DNA of 64,000 nucleotides from contig OZ255836.1 of the NCBI GenBank assembly GCA_965277715.1, forward strand, positions 672,001 through 736,000. Reading direction: 5' to 3'. Position numbers and translations under genes: made by a program. This stretch comes from Gammaproteobacteria bacterium. GTDB lineage: Bacteria; Pseudomonadota; Gammaproteobacteria; JBCCGL01. Shown one piece after another: positions 22,693-32,415 of this stretch. The first letter of the stretch is position 1; every line of letters begins with the position of its first letter. Below the pieces are notes generated by a model. The model did not search any database and was not told the origin of the DNA. It worked only from the letters and a program-made list of their open reading frames with translations.

Positions 22693-22970
22693 TCCTGTGT
22701 TATAAGCGCTTGATGATGAACAAAGGCACGTTCCAGTGCTGAGGTAGCTTTTGGCGGATCAAGAAGAAGACGGGCAAATATCTCAGTGTCACGGTGACTG
22801 AGACGGATGATTTCCGTTTGTTCAATCGTGTTGCGTGCAGCAGCACTGGCTGCTGAGATGACAAAATCTGTCAGCGTACGCCCTTCAATATTTGCAGCAC
22901 TCTTGAGCATTGCATACACGTCAGGCGCTATTCTTGCTTCGAGTCTTGCTTGCTGAGTTTTCGCAACCAT
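22689..22970 (-). CDS. DUF1778 antitoxin (TacA-like)
   Basis: ARLEARI..AA.IEGRTLTDFV..IIRLS..F..LL.PP; 4-bp overlap with GNAT gene. Confidence 0.9.
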   Translation of the reverse strand: MVAKTQQARLEARIAPDVYAMLKSAANIEGRTLTDFVISAASAAARNTIEQTEIIRLSHRDTEIFARLLLDPPKATSALERAFVHHQALITQE

Positions 22971-22979
22971 ATTTATATG

Positions 22980-22998
22980 GTGCGGCATATTGCCGTAC
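22980..22998. promoter_or_regulatory. Putative TacA operator
   Basis: GTGCGGCA-tat-TGCCGTAC inverted repeat just upstream of start. Confidence 0.55.
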
Positions 22999-23038
22999 AT
23001 GTCAAATACTCCCATCGTGGAAGCTAATGACACTGAAA

Positions 23039-23064
23039 GCACTGAAAGTGTCTGTTCGCGACAG
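23039..23064 (+). repeat. Breakpoint motif copy 2 (degenerate)
   Basis: gcactgaaagtgtctgttcgcgacag. Confidence 0.5.
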
Positions 23065-23097
23065 ATTGCCCTTACCCACGTCCTGTAGGCAAAAAGT

Positions 23098-23197
23098 GGA
23101 GAGTAGGCTGCGGGAACCTCCCCCGCAACCCCTCGCAGAACGGTACGTGAACCTCTCATTCATACCGCTCCCATCAGACAAACCCTCACCTATTCCT
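23098..23197 (-). mobile_element. Group II intron 3' remnant (domains V-VI, RmInt1/class D-like)
   Basis: Minus strand GGGAGCGGTATGAATGAGAGGTTCACGTACCGTTCTGCGAGGGGTTGCGGGGGAGGTTCCCGCAGCCTACTCTCC: DV with AGC triad plus DVI. Confidence 0.88.
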
Positions 23198-23362
23198 TGA
23201 TGTGGCTACACTAATTCGGACACCTCACTTAAAGTAAACCGAGCTTACCAAAGGAACCGAAAATGAACGGGAAAAATCTCTATACCGCAGAGCTTCGAGA
23301 ATCAGCAGTTAAGTTAGCCTTGAACCTAAATTCCTCAGTTGAATCTACTGCGACCACCTAAT
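23198..23362 (+). mobile_element. IS3-family left-end remnant
   Basis: TGATGTGGCTACACTAATTCGGACAC IRL-like end; orfA start at 23263 MNGKNLYTAELRESAVKLAL, truncated. Confidence 0.7.
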
Positions 23363-23412
23363 GCACTGAATCTAAAGCGCTTTTACCAGAATTTCAGCTT
23401 CACCTGTAGAAC

Positions 23413-23434
23413 GTGCCTGAAAGTGCCTGTCCCC
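23413..23434 (+). repeat. Breakpoint motif copy 3
   Basis: gtgcctgaaagtgcctgtcccc. Confidence 0.75.
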
Positions 23435-23566
23435 AGCATTTGCTACTACCTTTACGGAGTGGTTTTTTCGATAATTTGTGTCGAACTTAGATCATAAACA
23501 CTTAAACATTCGAAATAAGTTTTATGTATTAATGCATATTTAATAATTTCAGCTATTCTTTTTGCA

Positions 23567-24625
23567 TTATCTGTTGGCGATGATTTCTGCCCCTGTGACT
23601 AAAACCTCCCAACAATCCTCGCCTAGCTCGTTTAACTCAATGTTGGTATTCGTTAGTGTTCTAATAACCGCTATATTGGTCAGCAAATGCTGGCTGGGCT
23701 TTAATGTTCGAAAACACCCTCCGCTACCTAATACCATAGGTAGCACTAACTGATCAGCGAGGTGTTTCCCTACGGGCACTCCGGCGGCCAGATAGCGTTT
23801 TAAATCGCGGATCGCCCGGCCCGCTACCCGTTCGGCGGTGACATTTCGTTCACCTACTGCTTCACACACTTCTGTTACATTCGCCATTTCAAGGCGCAGC
23901 GATACGATATTACCTGGCCCTGCTGATTGTACCCATTGTTGATGCAGTGACGCTTCAGGCCATAAACACTTTTTTTGAATATGGTGTAGCTCCCGCTCGG
24001 CAACATGCTTGGAGATGCGAGATGATATCGCGAAGGCCGACTGGCTAAGCTGTTCACCAGGTTGCAATAGTGTCAGTGGTTTAATCGTGCTCACCGGCGA
24101 AATTCGCGCTCGCCATGCGCCTCCTCCCGCAGGGTAAAACCCGTGGCGTTCAAGTGTTGGTTCTACCTGATAACCCATTTTCAACATGACCGGCAAAAAG
24201 CAATGGGCAATAAAATCATAGCTGGGCGACATACCATTATGGGTGCCACCTTCTATGGTTAGTTCGCTGACACTTTCTGCCATTAATAAAGGCAATAGCA
24301 CGGTTTGAAATACCAGTGTTGTACTGCCCGCAGACCCAATTGCAAAACGGTACTCGCCCGCCTTTATTGCGCCGGGCGAGAATGTAACGCTTGATGAACC
24401 CAGTTCGGCGCCGGTTATCTGTGCGTCACAGATGGCTTGAGTGGCCTGCAAGCAAGTCAGGTGCTGACGAAGTAACCCTGGTTTGTTTCGACCTGCGCGA
24501 ATATTTTCAATGCGCACTGCTTGACCAAGGCACGTCGAAAGTGTCAGCGCGGTTCGAAAAATCTGACCGCCACCCTCACCTTGTGAACCATCAATCACTA
24601 CGATACTTTTACTGTCTGTATTCAT
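23567..24625 (-). CDS. rtcA: RNA 3'-terminal phosphate cyclase
   Basis: IDGSQGEGGGQIFR, RAGRNKPGL..QH, GFYPAGGG, HLADQL, HLLTN. Confidence 0.96.
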   Translation of the reverse strand: MNTDSKSIVVIDGSQGEGGGQIFRTALTLSTCLGQAVRIENIRAGRNKPGLLRQHLTCLQATQAICDAQITGAELGSSSVTFSPGAIKAGEYRFAIGSAGSTTLVFQTVLLPLLMAESVSELTIEGGTHNGMSPSYDFIAHCFLPVMLKMGYQVEPTLERHGFYPAGGGAWRARISPVSTIKPLTLLQPGEQLSQSAFAISSRISKHVAERELHHIQKKCLWPEASLHQQWVQSAGPGNIVSLRLEMANVTEVCEAVGERNVTAERVAGRAIRDLKRYLAAGVPVGKHLADQLVLPMVLGSGGCFRTLKPSQHLLTNIAVIRTLTNTNIELNELGEDCWEVLVTGAEIIANR

Positions 24626-24686
24626 TTCTCTTATTCCTCAGCGGGGCATCCTTTCCCCTTCCCATTGTCGGTATCCAACCGATAGC

Positions 24687-25913
24687 TTACCCTTTTACAC
24701 AGACCACTTGCTTCAGTGTATAAACCACTTCAACGAGGTCTTTCTGTGCCTCCATCACCTTTTCGATGGGCTTGTAGGCTGATGGTGTCTCATCGATCAC
24801 ACTCTCATCTTTTCGGCATTCCACATCAGCGGTTGCCTGGCGGTGCTCCTCCAAAGAGACCAGTTTTTTGGCTTTGGTGCGTGACATCACACGGCCCGCA
24901 CCATGACTGCAACTGCAAAAACTCTCTTCATTGCCAAGGCCACGAACGATGAATGACTTGGCTCCCATACTGCCGGGAATAATCCCCATCTCGCCTGTGC
25001 GGGCGCTTACAGCTCCCTTGCGTGTTACCAGTACATTTTTTCCATAGTGGTTTTCGCGTGATACGTAGTTGTGATGGCAGTTCACCGCCTCCATACGTGC
25101 CTCGAATTCAACCCCCAAGGCGCTTTGTACCGCCCGAATTACCCGTTCCATCATCACTTCGCGATTAATCCGCGCAAAATTTTGCGCCCACTCCACCGCT
25201 TCCACATATTGGTCGAAATGCTCAGTACCCTCTGGTAGGTAGGCCAGGTCAGCGTCAGGTAAGTGGATATGCCACTGCTCCATATCTTTTTTCGCCTTTT
25301 CAATAAAATGCGTGCCAATACGATTACCCACACCCCGGGATCCACTGTGTAGCATCAACCAAACACTGCCGTGTTCATCCAGGCACATTTCAATAAAGTG
25401 GTTGCCTGTGCCTAGTGTACCCAGGTGGTTGATATTGTTAGTGTTCTTTAATACCCGGTGCTTATCTTTCAGCGTATCAAACTGTGTTGCCAGTGGTGTC
25501 CAGGCGTCCATCACATCGTCGGGGATATTTGACCATGCGCCTTTATCCCGGCCACCTCGCGCACGTTTAGAGCGACCATGCGGTACAGCTCGCTCAATGG
25601 CGGAACGCACACCTACCAGGCTATCGGGTAGCTGCGGGGCTTTCATGCTGGTACGCACGGCCATCATTCCACAACCTATATCGACACCCACGGCAGCTGG
25701 AATCACTGCGCCCAGAGTTGCTACTACGCTCCCAATAGTTGCGCCTTTGCCAAGATGCACATCGGGCATAACAGCCACCCATTGGTGGATAAAAGGCATC
25801 TGTGAGATGTTTTTAAGCTGTTGCTTGGCCTCAGATTCAAAGGGTACGCCCAGAGTCCAGGATTTGATTGGCACCCCACCATCCTGCATTACTTCGTATG
25901 ATTGTTGCGTCAT
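24687..25913 (-). CDS. rtcB: RNA ligase RtcB
   Basis: MPDVHLGKG, VGVDIGCG, GTLGTGNHFIE, HSGSRG, HHNY, PGSMG, SHGAGR, DETPSAYK. Confidence 0.97.
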   Translation of the reverse strand: MTQQSYEVMQDGGVPIKSWTLGVPFESEAKQQLKNISQMPFIHQWVAVMPDVHLGKGATIGSVVATLGAVIPAAVGVDIGCGMMAVRTSMKAPQLPDSLVGVRSAIERAVPHGRSKRARGGRDKGAWSNIPDDVMDAWTPLATQFDTLKDKHRVLKNTNNINHLGTLGTGNHFIEMCLDEHGSVWLMLHSGSRGVGNRIGTHFIEKAKKDMEQWHIHLPDADLAYLPEGTEHFDQYVEAVEWAQNFARINREVMMERVIRAVQSALGVEFEARMEAVNCHHNYVSRENHYGKNVLVTRKGAVSARTGEMGIIPGSMGAKSFIVRGLGNEESFCSCSHGAGRVMSRTKAKKLVSLEEHRQATADVECRKDESVIDETPSAYKPIEKVMEAQKDLVEVVYTLKQVVCVKG

Positions 25914-25959
25914 TGTTTTCTCCGTTAATGGTTTGTTTTGATTTTTATGGTGTAGCTAT

Positions 25960-25976
25960 TGCGAAGAGGGTGCCAA
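25960..25976 (-). promoter_or_regulatory. Sigma-54 promoter of rtcBA
   Basis: TTGGCACCCTCTTCGCA (GG-N10-GC) upstream of rtcB, divergent from rtcR. Confidence 0.8.
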
Positions 25977-26120
25977 CTTTTGTATGAGGTGTTTAAATAA
26001 TTATAACTAATTGTTTTATATAGTATTTTATTTTTATATTAGTATACTTATCACTTTTCAGTTTGACAAAAGTGGGTAATATATTATCTTATTAGATAGA
26101 TTGATAATATATTAGATAAT

Positions 26121-27737
26121 ATGAAAACAGTGGCTATTAGTATTCTTGGCACGGTCCTGGATCGACGCGGCAAGGGGGATAAACGCTGGGATAATTGGCG
26201 ACCAACTCTCTCTATGTGCCAGCATGATGATCTGCTTATCGACCGTCTGGAGTTGTTATTCGACAATCACTCCCAGAGCCTGGCCAACCAGATCACCGAA
26301 GACATTACACAAATTTCCCCCGAAACGGCGGTGGTGCATCACGCTATTAATTTCAATAATCCCTGGGATTTTGAAACGGTCTATAGCAGCCTGCTTGACT
26401 TTGCCCGAAGTTACAATTTTAGACCTGGTAAAGAGGAATATCTCATTCACATCACAACGGGCACGCACGTTGCACAAATATGTTTATATCTGCTAACTGA
26501 AGCGGGCTATCTGCCAGGTCAGTTAATACAAACATCGCCGACAAAGCGTAATAGGAAGCAGATTGGACAGTACCAGGTTATCGATCTCGATCTATCTAAA
26601 TACGATCAGATAGCGTCACGATTTAAAAAGGAACACCAGGAAGGTACTACATATCTTAAAGGCGGCATTGAAACCAATAATGCTCATTTCAACCAAATGA
26701 TTGAACAATTGGAACAGGTTTCAGTGCGTTCTAATGAACCTATATTGATTACTGGCCCTACGGGTGCAGGGAAATCACAGCTAGCTCAGCGTATCTTTGA
26801 ATTAAGAAAGCGACGCGGAAAACTGTCGGGTCGGTTAGTGTCTGTAAACTGCGCGACACTTAGAGGTGAAAATGCCATGTCGGCACTTTTTGGCCATAAA
26901 AAAGGTGCTTTTACCGGTGCTGTTACCAACCGTGCCGGTTTACTGATGGAAGCTGATGGCGGTCTATTGTTTCTTGATGAAATTGGCGAGCTCGGTTTGG
27001 ATGAACAGGCCATGTTGCTCAAAGCGGTAGAGGATAAATGGTTTATACCCTTTGGTTCAGATAAGGAGACCAGCAGTGATTTTCAAATAATTGCCGGAAC
27101 CAATAAAGCCTTGTCACAACTTACTGAAAAAGGTCTGTTTAGAGAAGATCTTTTGGCCAGGCTTGATCTATGGACGTATCAATTGCCCTCACTTAGAGAG
27201 CGCCTGGAGGATTTAGAACCTAATATCGATTATGAGTTAGAGGTGTTTTCCAGTAAATCGGGTTATCTGGTTAATTTCAATAAAGCGGCCAGGGAAAGGT
27301 ACTTGGCATTCAGTGTATCACCAGGGGCCATCTGGTCGGCAAATTTTCGTGATCTTAATGCAAGTATCACCCGCATGGGCACCTTAGCTGACGGTGGTCG
27401 CATCACCACTGCCGTTGTTGATGATGAAATCAATCGATTAAAACGAAAATGGCAAGCGGGGTCACAAGCCCCTTTTGCCCCCGGTAGCGTTATTGATGGC
27501 GTGCTCGGCGCTGGCAGCAGTGAGCCAATGGATTATTATGAGCAAATTAAGCTTGCGCACGTAATCAGCGTTTGCCAGTCGTCTCAATCAATGGCAGAGG
27601 CTGGTCGTACACTTTTTAATATCAGCAGATTATCAAAGAAATCAAACAATGATTCCCATCGTGTAAAACAATTACTGGAAAAATACGGGGTAAGCTTTGA
27701 AGATATATCGGCTTCGACGCGTTTTCCATGTCGTTAA
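26121..27737 (+). CDS. rtcR: Sigma-54 activator RtcR (CARF + AAA+)
   Basis: WRPTLS, HITTGTH, GPTGAGKS, GAFTGA, LFLDEIG. Confidence 0.96.
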   Translation: MKTVAISILGTVLDRRGKGDKRWDNWRPTLSMCQHDDLLIDRLELLFDNHSQSLANQITEDITQISPETAVVHHAINFNNPWDFETVYSSLLDFARSYNFRPGKEEYLIHITTGTHVAQICLYLLTEAGYLPGQLIQTSPTKRNRKQIGQYQVIDLDLSKYDQIASRFKKEHQEGTTYLKGGIETNNAHFNQMIEQLEQVSVRSNEPILITGPTGAGKSQLAQRIFELRKRRGKLSGRLVSVNCATLRGENAMSALFGHKKGAFTGAVTNRAGLLMEADGGLLFLDEIGELGLDEQAMLLKAVEDKWFIPFGSDKETSSDFQIIAGTNKALSQLTEKGLFREDLLARLDLWTYQLPSLRERLEDLEPNIDYELEVFSSKSGYLVNFNKAARERYLAFSVSPGAIWSANFRDLNASITRMGTLADGGRITTAVVDDEINRLKRKWQAGSQAPFAPGSVIDGVLGAGSSEPMDYYEQIKLAHVISVCQSSQSMAEAGRTLFNISRLSKKSNNDSHRVKQLLEKYGVSFEDISASTRFPCR

Positions 27738-28269
27738 TTCGTCATTATGCGCGTGTAGTACCAAAACATGAAAGATATAGAGAGGCAAATCTATACGCTT
27801 CCATAAAGTAACGGAATAATAGATTTGTTCTTATTTTTAACCAATCAGCTCCAGGGAAACGGGCTATTTGAAACAGGGTGCAGTCTACCTTCAGCATAAC
27901 GTGAGAACCGGAATGGATCGAGTAGCTTCGTTGCACCGCCTGAAGTAATTTCTTCAGCAACCAGTTTACCGACACCAAGCATTTTGTAACCGTGGTTAGA
28001 GTCGGCGATTAAATACAGGTTGTCGCAGAATACATCGAATACGGGGAAGCTGTCTGGGGTGAATGCACCTATGCCGATACCCACATATGGGCAAAGTCGG
28101 GGCCGACAATAAATTCTGGCGATTCAGGGCCATAGGGGTCGACAGCGACTTTGTCTGGATCAGTGGGCACTTTGAAAGGCGCTGCGCCACCTTGAATGCC
28201 ACCGAAATGGAAGTCGGGTTTGTAGTAAATACCCCACATTTCATCGGTAATAAGCGAGCCATCCTCGGT
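27711..28269. repeat. Direct repeat copy A: pseudogenic 3' end of FAD oxidoreductase plus downstream spacer
   Basis: Aligns with 39222-39844; has a 67-bp deletion between ATGCC microhomologies. Confidence 0.93.
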
Positions 28270-28371
28270 CCAATCGTAGTAAGCACGCTCAATATGAATA
28301 GAATAATGGAGGCGCCTCATGAGATCACGCACTTCTATAAGCAGTTTTTTGTCCTTTGTTGGAGTTGGCAT
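28270..28371 (-). pseudogene. intI: N-terminal fragment of a second integron integrase
   Basis: MPTPTKDKKLLIEVRDLMRRLHYSIHIERAYYDW matches the IntI N-terminus (KLL..VR...R..HYS..TE..Y..W). Confidence 0.8.
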
Positions 28372-28472
28372 ACTTGTCTGATTTCCTTATAAGCGTGGGT
28401 AAGTTTTATGATATCAGCTTGCCTGATATCCCGGTAAATTGTTGCTTATCAGGGCGAATTTGCCTGATTTAC

Positions 28473-28491
28473 TGGATACTAATTGTTATAT
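28473..28491 (+). other. Putative attI of remnant integron
   Basis: TGGATAC-TAATT-GTTATAT simple site ~100 bp upstream of the intI fragment, divergent orientation. Confidence 0.5.
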
Positions 28492-28510
28492 CCCTATTTC
28501 GGTGCGCCAC

Positions 28511-29488
28511 TTATCCCCGTTCAAGTAAACTACTGAGTGGGCCTTTAACGCCCTGAGCACCTTGTTTGAGAACATGGGTATAAATTTCAGTTGTTTTTAC
28601 GTCGCTGTGGCTAAGTTGTTGTTGTACAGTACGTATGTCAGCGCCGCTTTGTAGTAAATGCGTAGCAAAAGAATGTCGTAATGTGTGTGATGAAATTGGC
28701 TTAACAATGTCGGCCTTTTTCCTTGCGCTTGCAATTACCTTATTAATGGACGATTCATCAATGTGGTGACGTCTGACGTTGTTGGAAACTGGGTCAACGC
28801 TCAATTTTTGCGATGGAAAAAGATACTGCCAACCAAGCGTTTTATTCGCCATTTTATATTTTCGACTCAAGGCATCGGGCATCCAAACACCTGCATAAAC
28901 AAAATTCGTCAGATCTTCCTCTAAAAGCAACCGTACTCTTTCAATTTGCCTGGTTAACGCCGACACCAGCTCCGGGGCTAAAGTGGTAAATCTGTGTTTG
29001 CGGCCCTTGCCATTCCAGATACGAAGCTGTAACAAATCCATATCAACATCGTGTACACGTAAACGTACAGATTCCATGCGACGTAACCCAGACCCATATA
29101 GGATACCGATTATTAGTTTGTATTTAGGGTCAACATGTTTAAGTAGACGGCTGACTTCACTTTGTGTAAGCACCACGGGTAGTTTTGCCTGGTGACTTGC
29201 ACGTTTAAATTCCACCATTTCTCCCAAAGGCTGTTCGAGAAAGCGGTTGTACAAAAATGCCAGCGCATTCAGCGCCACCTGCTGCGTGCCAATAGCAACC
29301 GTGCGGTTGATGACCAAGTGCGACAAAAAACGGACGACATCTTGCTCTCCCATTTCCTGAGGGTGCCGGTTGTGGTGGAAACGAATATAGGAACGAATTC
29401 AGGTGATATAAGCCGAGATTGTGCGCTTACTGTAATGCCGCACCAACATGAACTCGTAAATAGACTGCAAAAAGGGCGACTTGTACAC
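28511..29488 (-). pseudogene. intI: Integron integrase with nonsense mutation
   Basis: GTG start 29488 (KSPFLQSI..HYSKRTISAYIT*IR) with in-frame TGA at 29399-29401 replacing conserved Trp. GLRR, GKG, the IntI-specific insert (LGWQYLFPS..RRHH), HTLRHSFATHLL and IYTHV are present. Confidence 0.93.
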
Positions 29489-29691
29489 GTATAAATCCTT
29501 GTAAAGCAGAGAGTGTTATATGATAATCCAAAACCAAAGGTTTAGGGAGTCGTTCCAGCATTTTTTTGTCTGTTATTTGCGATTTTCGTAGGGTTTTGTC
29601 ATGTTAATCAATATTTTAGTGTGTCTTTATGAACTCAGTCTCGCGAAATTATCGCGATTCCACATAATATTGTTATCGAGGATTCGTTCCT

Positions 29692-29710
29692 CGATAACAG
29701 GCTGTTAGGC
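29692..29710 (+). other. attI site
   Basis: CGATAAC-AGGCT-GTTAGGC; GTTAGGC is complementary to GCCTAAC of first attC. Confidence 0.75.
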
Positions 29711-29728
29711 ATTTCAAGGAGTTCAACT

Positions 29729-30091
29729 GTGCTGTTTAGTAAAAAGAAAAACTTAGTCGAAGAATATAAAGGCAATGAAGCTCAATCCAGAAAAGAATTT
29801 TTAAAAGATGCTGAGAGAAAAGCAAAAAAAGGCTATGTTCCTGTATCTGAAAATTATACAGCTGGAAAATATGGTATTGGTGCCTTTATTTTAGCTCTTC
29901 TTTTATGTTTTGTGCTGATCGGTATTTTGGTATTTATCTATATGCTAATTGTGAAACCAGCTGGAACTCTAACCGTTACCTATGAGTTAAAAGATACAAG
30001 CGATGAGCAAGCATGCCCTAAGTGTGCCGAAACTATAAAATCCGCCGCAATTGTTTGTCGTTTCTGTGGCCATGATATAGCAAATGCCTAA
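29729..30091 (+). CDS. Cassette 1: small membrane protein with C-terminal zinc ribbon
   Basis: TM segment; CPKCAETIK..AIVCRFC; stop lies in attC R''. Confidence 0.8.
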   Translation: MLFSKKKNLVEEYKGNEAQSRKEFLKDAERKAKKGYVPVSENYTAGKYGIGAFILALLLCFVLIGILVFIYMLIVKPAGTLTVTYELKDTSDEQACPKCAETIKSAAIVCRFCGHDIANA

Positions 30092-30187
30092 CAAGCAATT
30101 CAACAAGGACAAAAAACAGTTGGCTTTTGTTCACTACGTTCACCTATTTTAGCCAACCATTTTTTGCCTGTTAATTGGGCGTTAGCG
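30086..30187 (+). repeat. attC 1
   Basis: GCCTAAC..GTTAGCG, imperfect palindrome. Confidence 0.9.
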
Positions 30188-30203
30188 CTACAAAGGACAA
30201 AAC

Positions 30204-30965
30204 ATGGGTGACGAAAATACTTTATCCGAAAAAATAAGAAAGCATCCCGTCGTCGTTGTTCTGGCATTTATCGGTGCTGCAATCGTCGGTTTGGCAAGCT
30301 TTACAGAAGCGCTTGGAACAATAACGGAAAAAGCAAGGTGTATCCCTATCCATTTGTGATTTGATGATGGGTACAACGGAAAAGCCACGTTAAAGTATTC
30401 TACGCAACAAAGAGGTTGGGTAAATATTGGGGTTGTAAAGGAAATAAAACCGACAGGTAATCACCATTGTAGTCAGTATTGCCGGGGAGAGCCTACTAGA
30501 ACAAATTATCAGGTAAGCCTTTCAGTAAATGATTACCGAAGCCCTAGTTTAGGTGAAAGAAAACTCGTAGATCCCAAGCTAAAATGTAAATCAGGCCCTT
30601 GCAATGGTTGGAATCAAGTTCTAAATATTGGGCTTACAGGTGATGGGAAAACAGCTACAGCATCATTTGACGTATGGAGCAATCCAACATCATGGGAGCT
30701 AACTGCTAACGTTCTAGAATATCAAGTCGTTTCAGAAAAAATAGTAGAAAAAGATGTATCCATAAGCTCATTAATGCCACTTGAAGTGATTATTCCTACT
30801 AATGCGGTGTCTGCTACTCTTGGGGGTTCGATGAACGATGGAAAACCATTTTCTATTAAGCCTAGTGATAAAAGCAGTGACAATTTGTTTGTTTTTCAAT
30901 CGTCAACTGTAAGAGATGGGAATATTGAGCACACTTATCTTGTAAATGATGCAAGGTGTGAATAA
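30204..30965 (+). pseudogene. Cassette 2: membrane-anchored Cys-containing protein interrupted by one in-frame TGA
   Basis: ATG 30204 with AAGGA RBS; TGA 30357-30359; same frame continues open to 30965. Confidence 0.75.
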
Positions 30966-30968
30966 TTG

Positions 30969-31054
30969 CGCTAACAACGCCATAAACTCGGACTCAAAAA
31001 GCTCCGCTCGTTCCTCGCTCTGCTTTTTGGGTCCGGTTATGTCTGGCGTTAAGT
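30969..31054 (+). repeat. attC 2
   Basis: CGCTAAC..GTTAAGT; R'' complementary to GTTAGCG at 30181. Confidence 0.9.
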
Positions 31055-31078
31055 TCAAATAAGGAATGGAGCGAAGTT

Positions 31079-31234
31079 ATGACAAAATATATCTGGCCTG
31101 CAATCATAGGCGCTTTAGCAGCAATATTTGTGGCGTTAATTCAATTTGTTGTTGCACCGATCGTTACCCAGCAGCAGCTAACTGATGCTAAAGAAAAAAG
31201 GGGTCAGGCTAGTTATTTACTATTTAAAAGATGA
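31079..31234 (+). pseudogene. Cassette 3 5' fragment (TM-anchored protein), truncated near GGGGTCAGGC motif
   Basis: MTKYIWPAIIGALAAIFVALIQFVVAP..; no matching attC (would need ACTTAAC). Confidence 0.55.
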
Positions 31235-31255
31235 AAGTGTAGCGTGCCATTTTCT

Positions 31256-32241
31256 GGTTCCTCCCCGGTTTGTGTGAGGTTATAGTATTTCATCCTCCTT
31301 TGCTATTGAGAGACTCCGGTGCTATCGAGCCTTGAAGAACACTACAGCCAGCTCCTGGGTCTGACAGATGACTGGTCAGTGGTGTCAGTTGATTTAGACC
31401 CTTCAGGAAAGTATCCATTTCGTTGGCGTTTAGCGGCAACCACGGCCCTTGCTCGCACTGTGGAGAAGTGAGTCCGTTCTATGATCACCGTTCACAAGAG
31501 CGATCCTGGAGACACTTGGATACTGTGCAGTTTGAAACGCGCCTACACAGTCGCATTCCCCGAGTAAATTGCCTGGAGCATGGTGTTAAAAGTATGGCGT
31601 TACCCTGGGCAAGCAAGAACAGGTGAAAGCTGTCGCGATTGATAGGTGGCCTGCGTTCATTAATGCCGTTGAGGTAAAACTGTCAGACAGTGCGATTGTT
31701 CACGACCGTTTTCATATTAGCCAACACCTGAATAAGGCGGTGGATCAGGTCTTTCGTGATGAACATAGAGACCTTTTGTCACAGGGCGATACCCGGTTAA
31801 AAAAGAGTCGTTATCACTGGTTAAAAAACGAAGAAAATTTGTCTAACAAAGCAGCCGAGCACTTTGAGTCACTCAAGCATGATCAGTTATTGACAGCCCG
31901 AGCCTGGGCGATAAAAGAACTGTTTCGTGATTTCTGGATGTATAAGACAGCGGGTTGGGCAAAGCGTTTCTTTGACGAGTGGTATTCATGGGCAATTCGG
32001 TGCCGATTGGACAGCATAAAAAAAGTGGCCAAGATGATAAAAACGCACATGCCGAACATATTGACATGGTTTAAGCACACAATAAGTAATGCCGTGTCAG
32101 AGGGTTTGAATTCAAAAATTCAGACGGTCAAATCGAATGCAAGAGGGTTTCGTTCGTTTGAAAGTTACCGGCGGAGTATTTTGTTTTACTGCGGAAAGCT
32201 GGATAGGGAACCAGTGGCTTCACAATAATCGGGGAAGAACC
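31256..32241 (+). mobile_element. ISL3-family element, internally deleted and frameshifted
   Basis: Ends GGTTCCTCCCCG / CGGGGAAGAACC. Zn-finger CSHC..RVNCLEHG, AIDRW, HDRFH and SNAVSEGLNSKI; central part missing at ~31622. Confidence 0.9.
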
Positions 32242-32415
32242 AGTAAATTTGGGTCTGAAGCTATGTTCTATACTAATGGAAAGTTTGGTAAGGTTGAAAC
32301 GGGCAAAAAATTAGTTTCGTCATGGAATCCAGCAACCGATGCAACCTTTGATACTGATGTAATAGTTATTTACGAAGAGATTGTTGGTTGTGTGTGGGTT
32401 ATCGACGAAGATTAG
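32242..32415 (+). pseudogene. Cassette 4 3' fragment
   Basis: ..IVGCVWVIDED* ending immediately before attC 3. Confidence 0.55.

Noticed and set aside
22971-23159. N-terminal extension of DUF1778 ORF
   Set aside because: It reads through the operator, repeat motif and intron DV/DVI; the real start is likely 22970.
24626-24686. tRNA-like or Y RNA between rtcB and rtcA
   Set aside because: Only 61 bp with two small hairpins; no T-loop or cloverleaf, and no Ro/Rsr gene.
28501-28528. dif site (GGTGCGC..)
   Set aside because: No XerD arm TTATGTTAAAT.
29399-29401. TGA = Trp recoding (code 4/25) explaining stops in intI and cassette 2
   Set aside because: TGA terminates conserved genes here (lptE, galU, cyclase), and cassette 10 is broken by TAA, so ordinary decay is more parsimonious.
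29489-29670. LexA box at intI promoter
   Set aside because: No CTGT-N8-ACAG found by eye.
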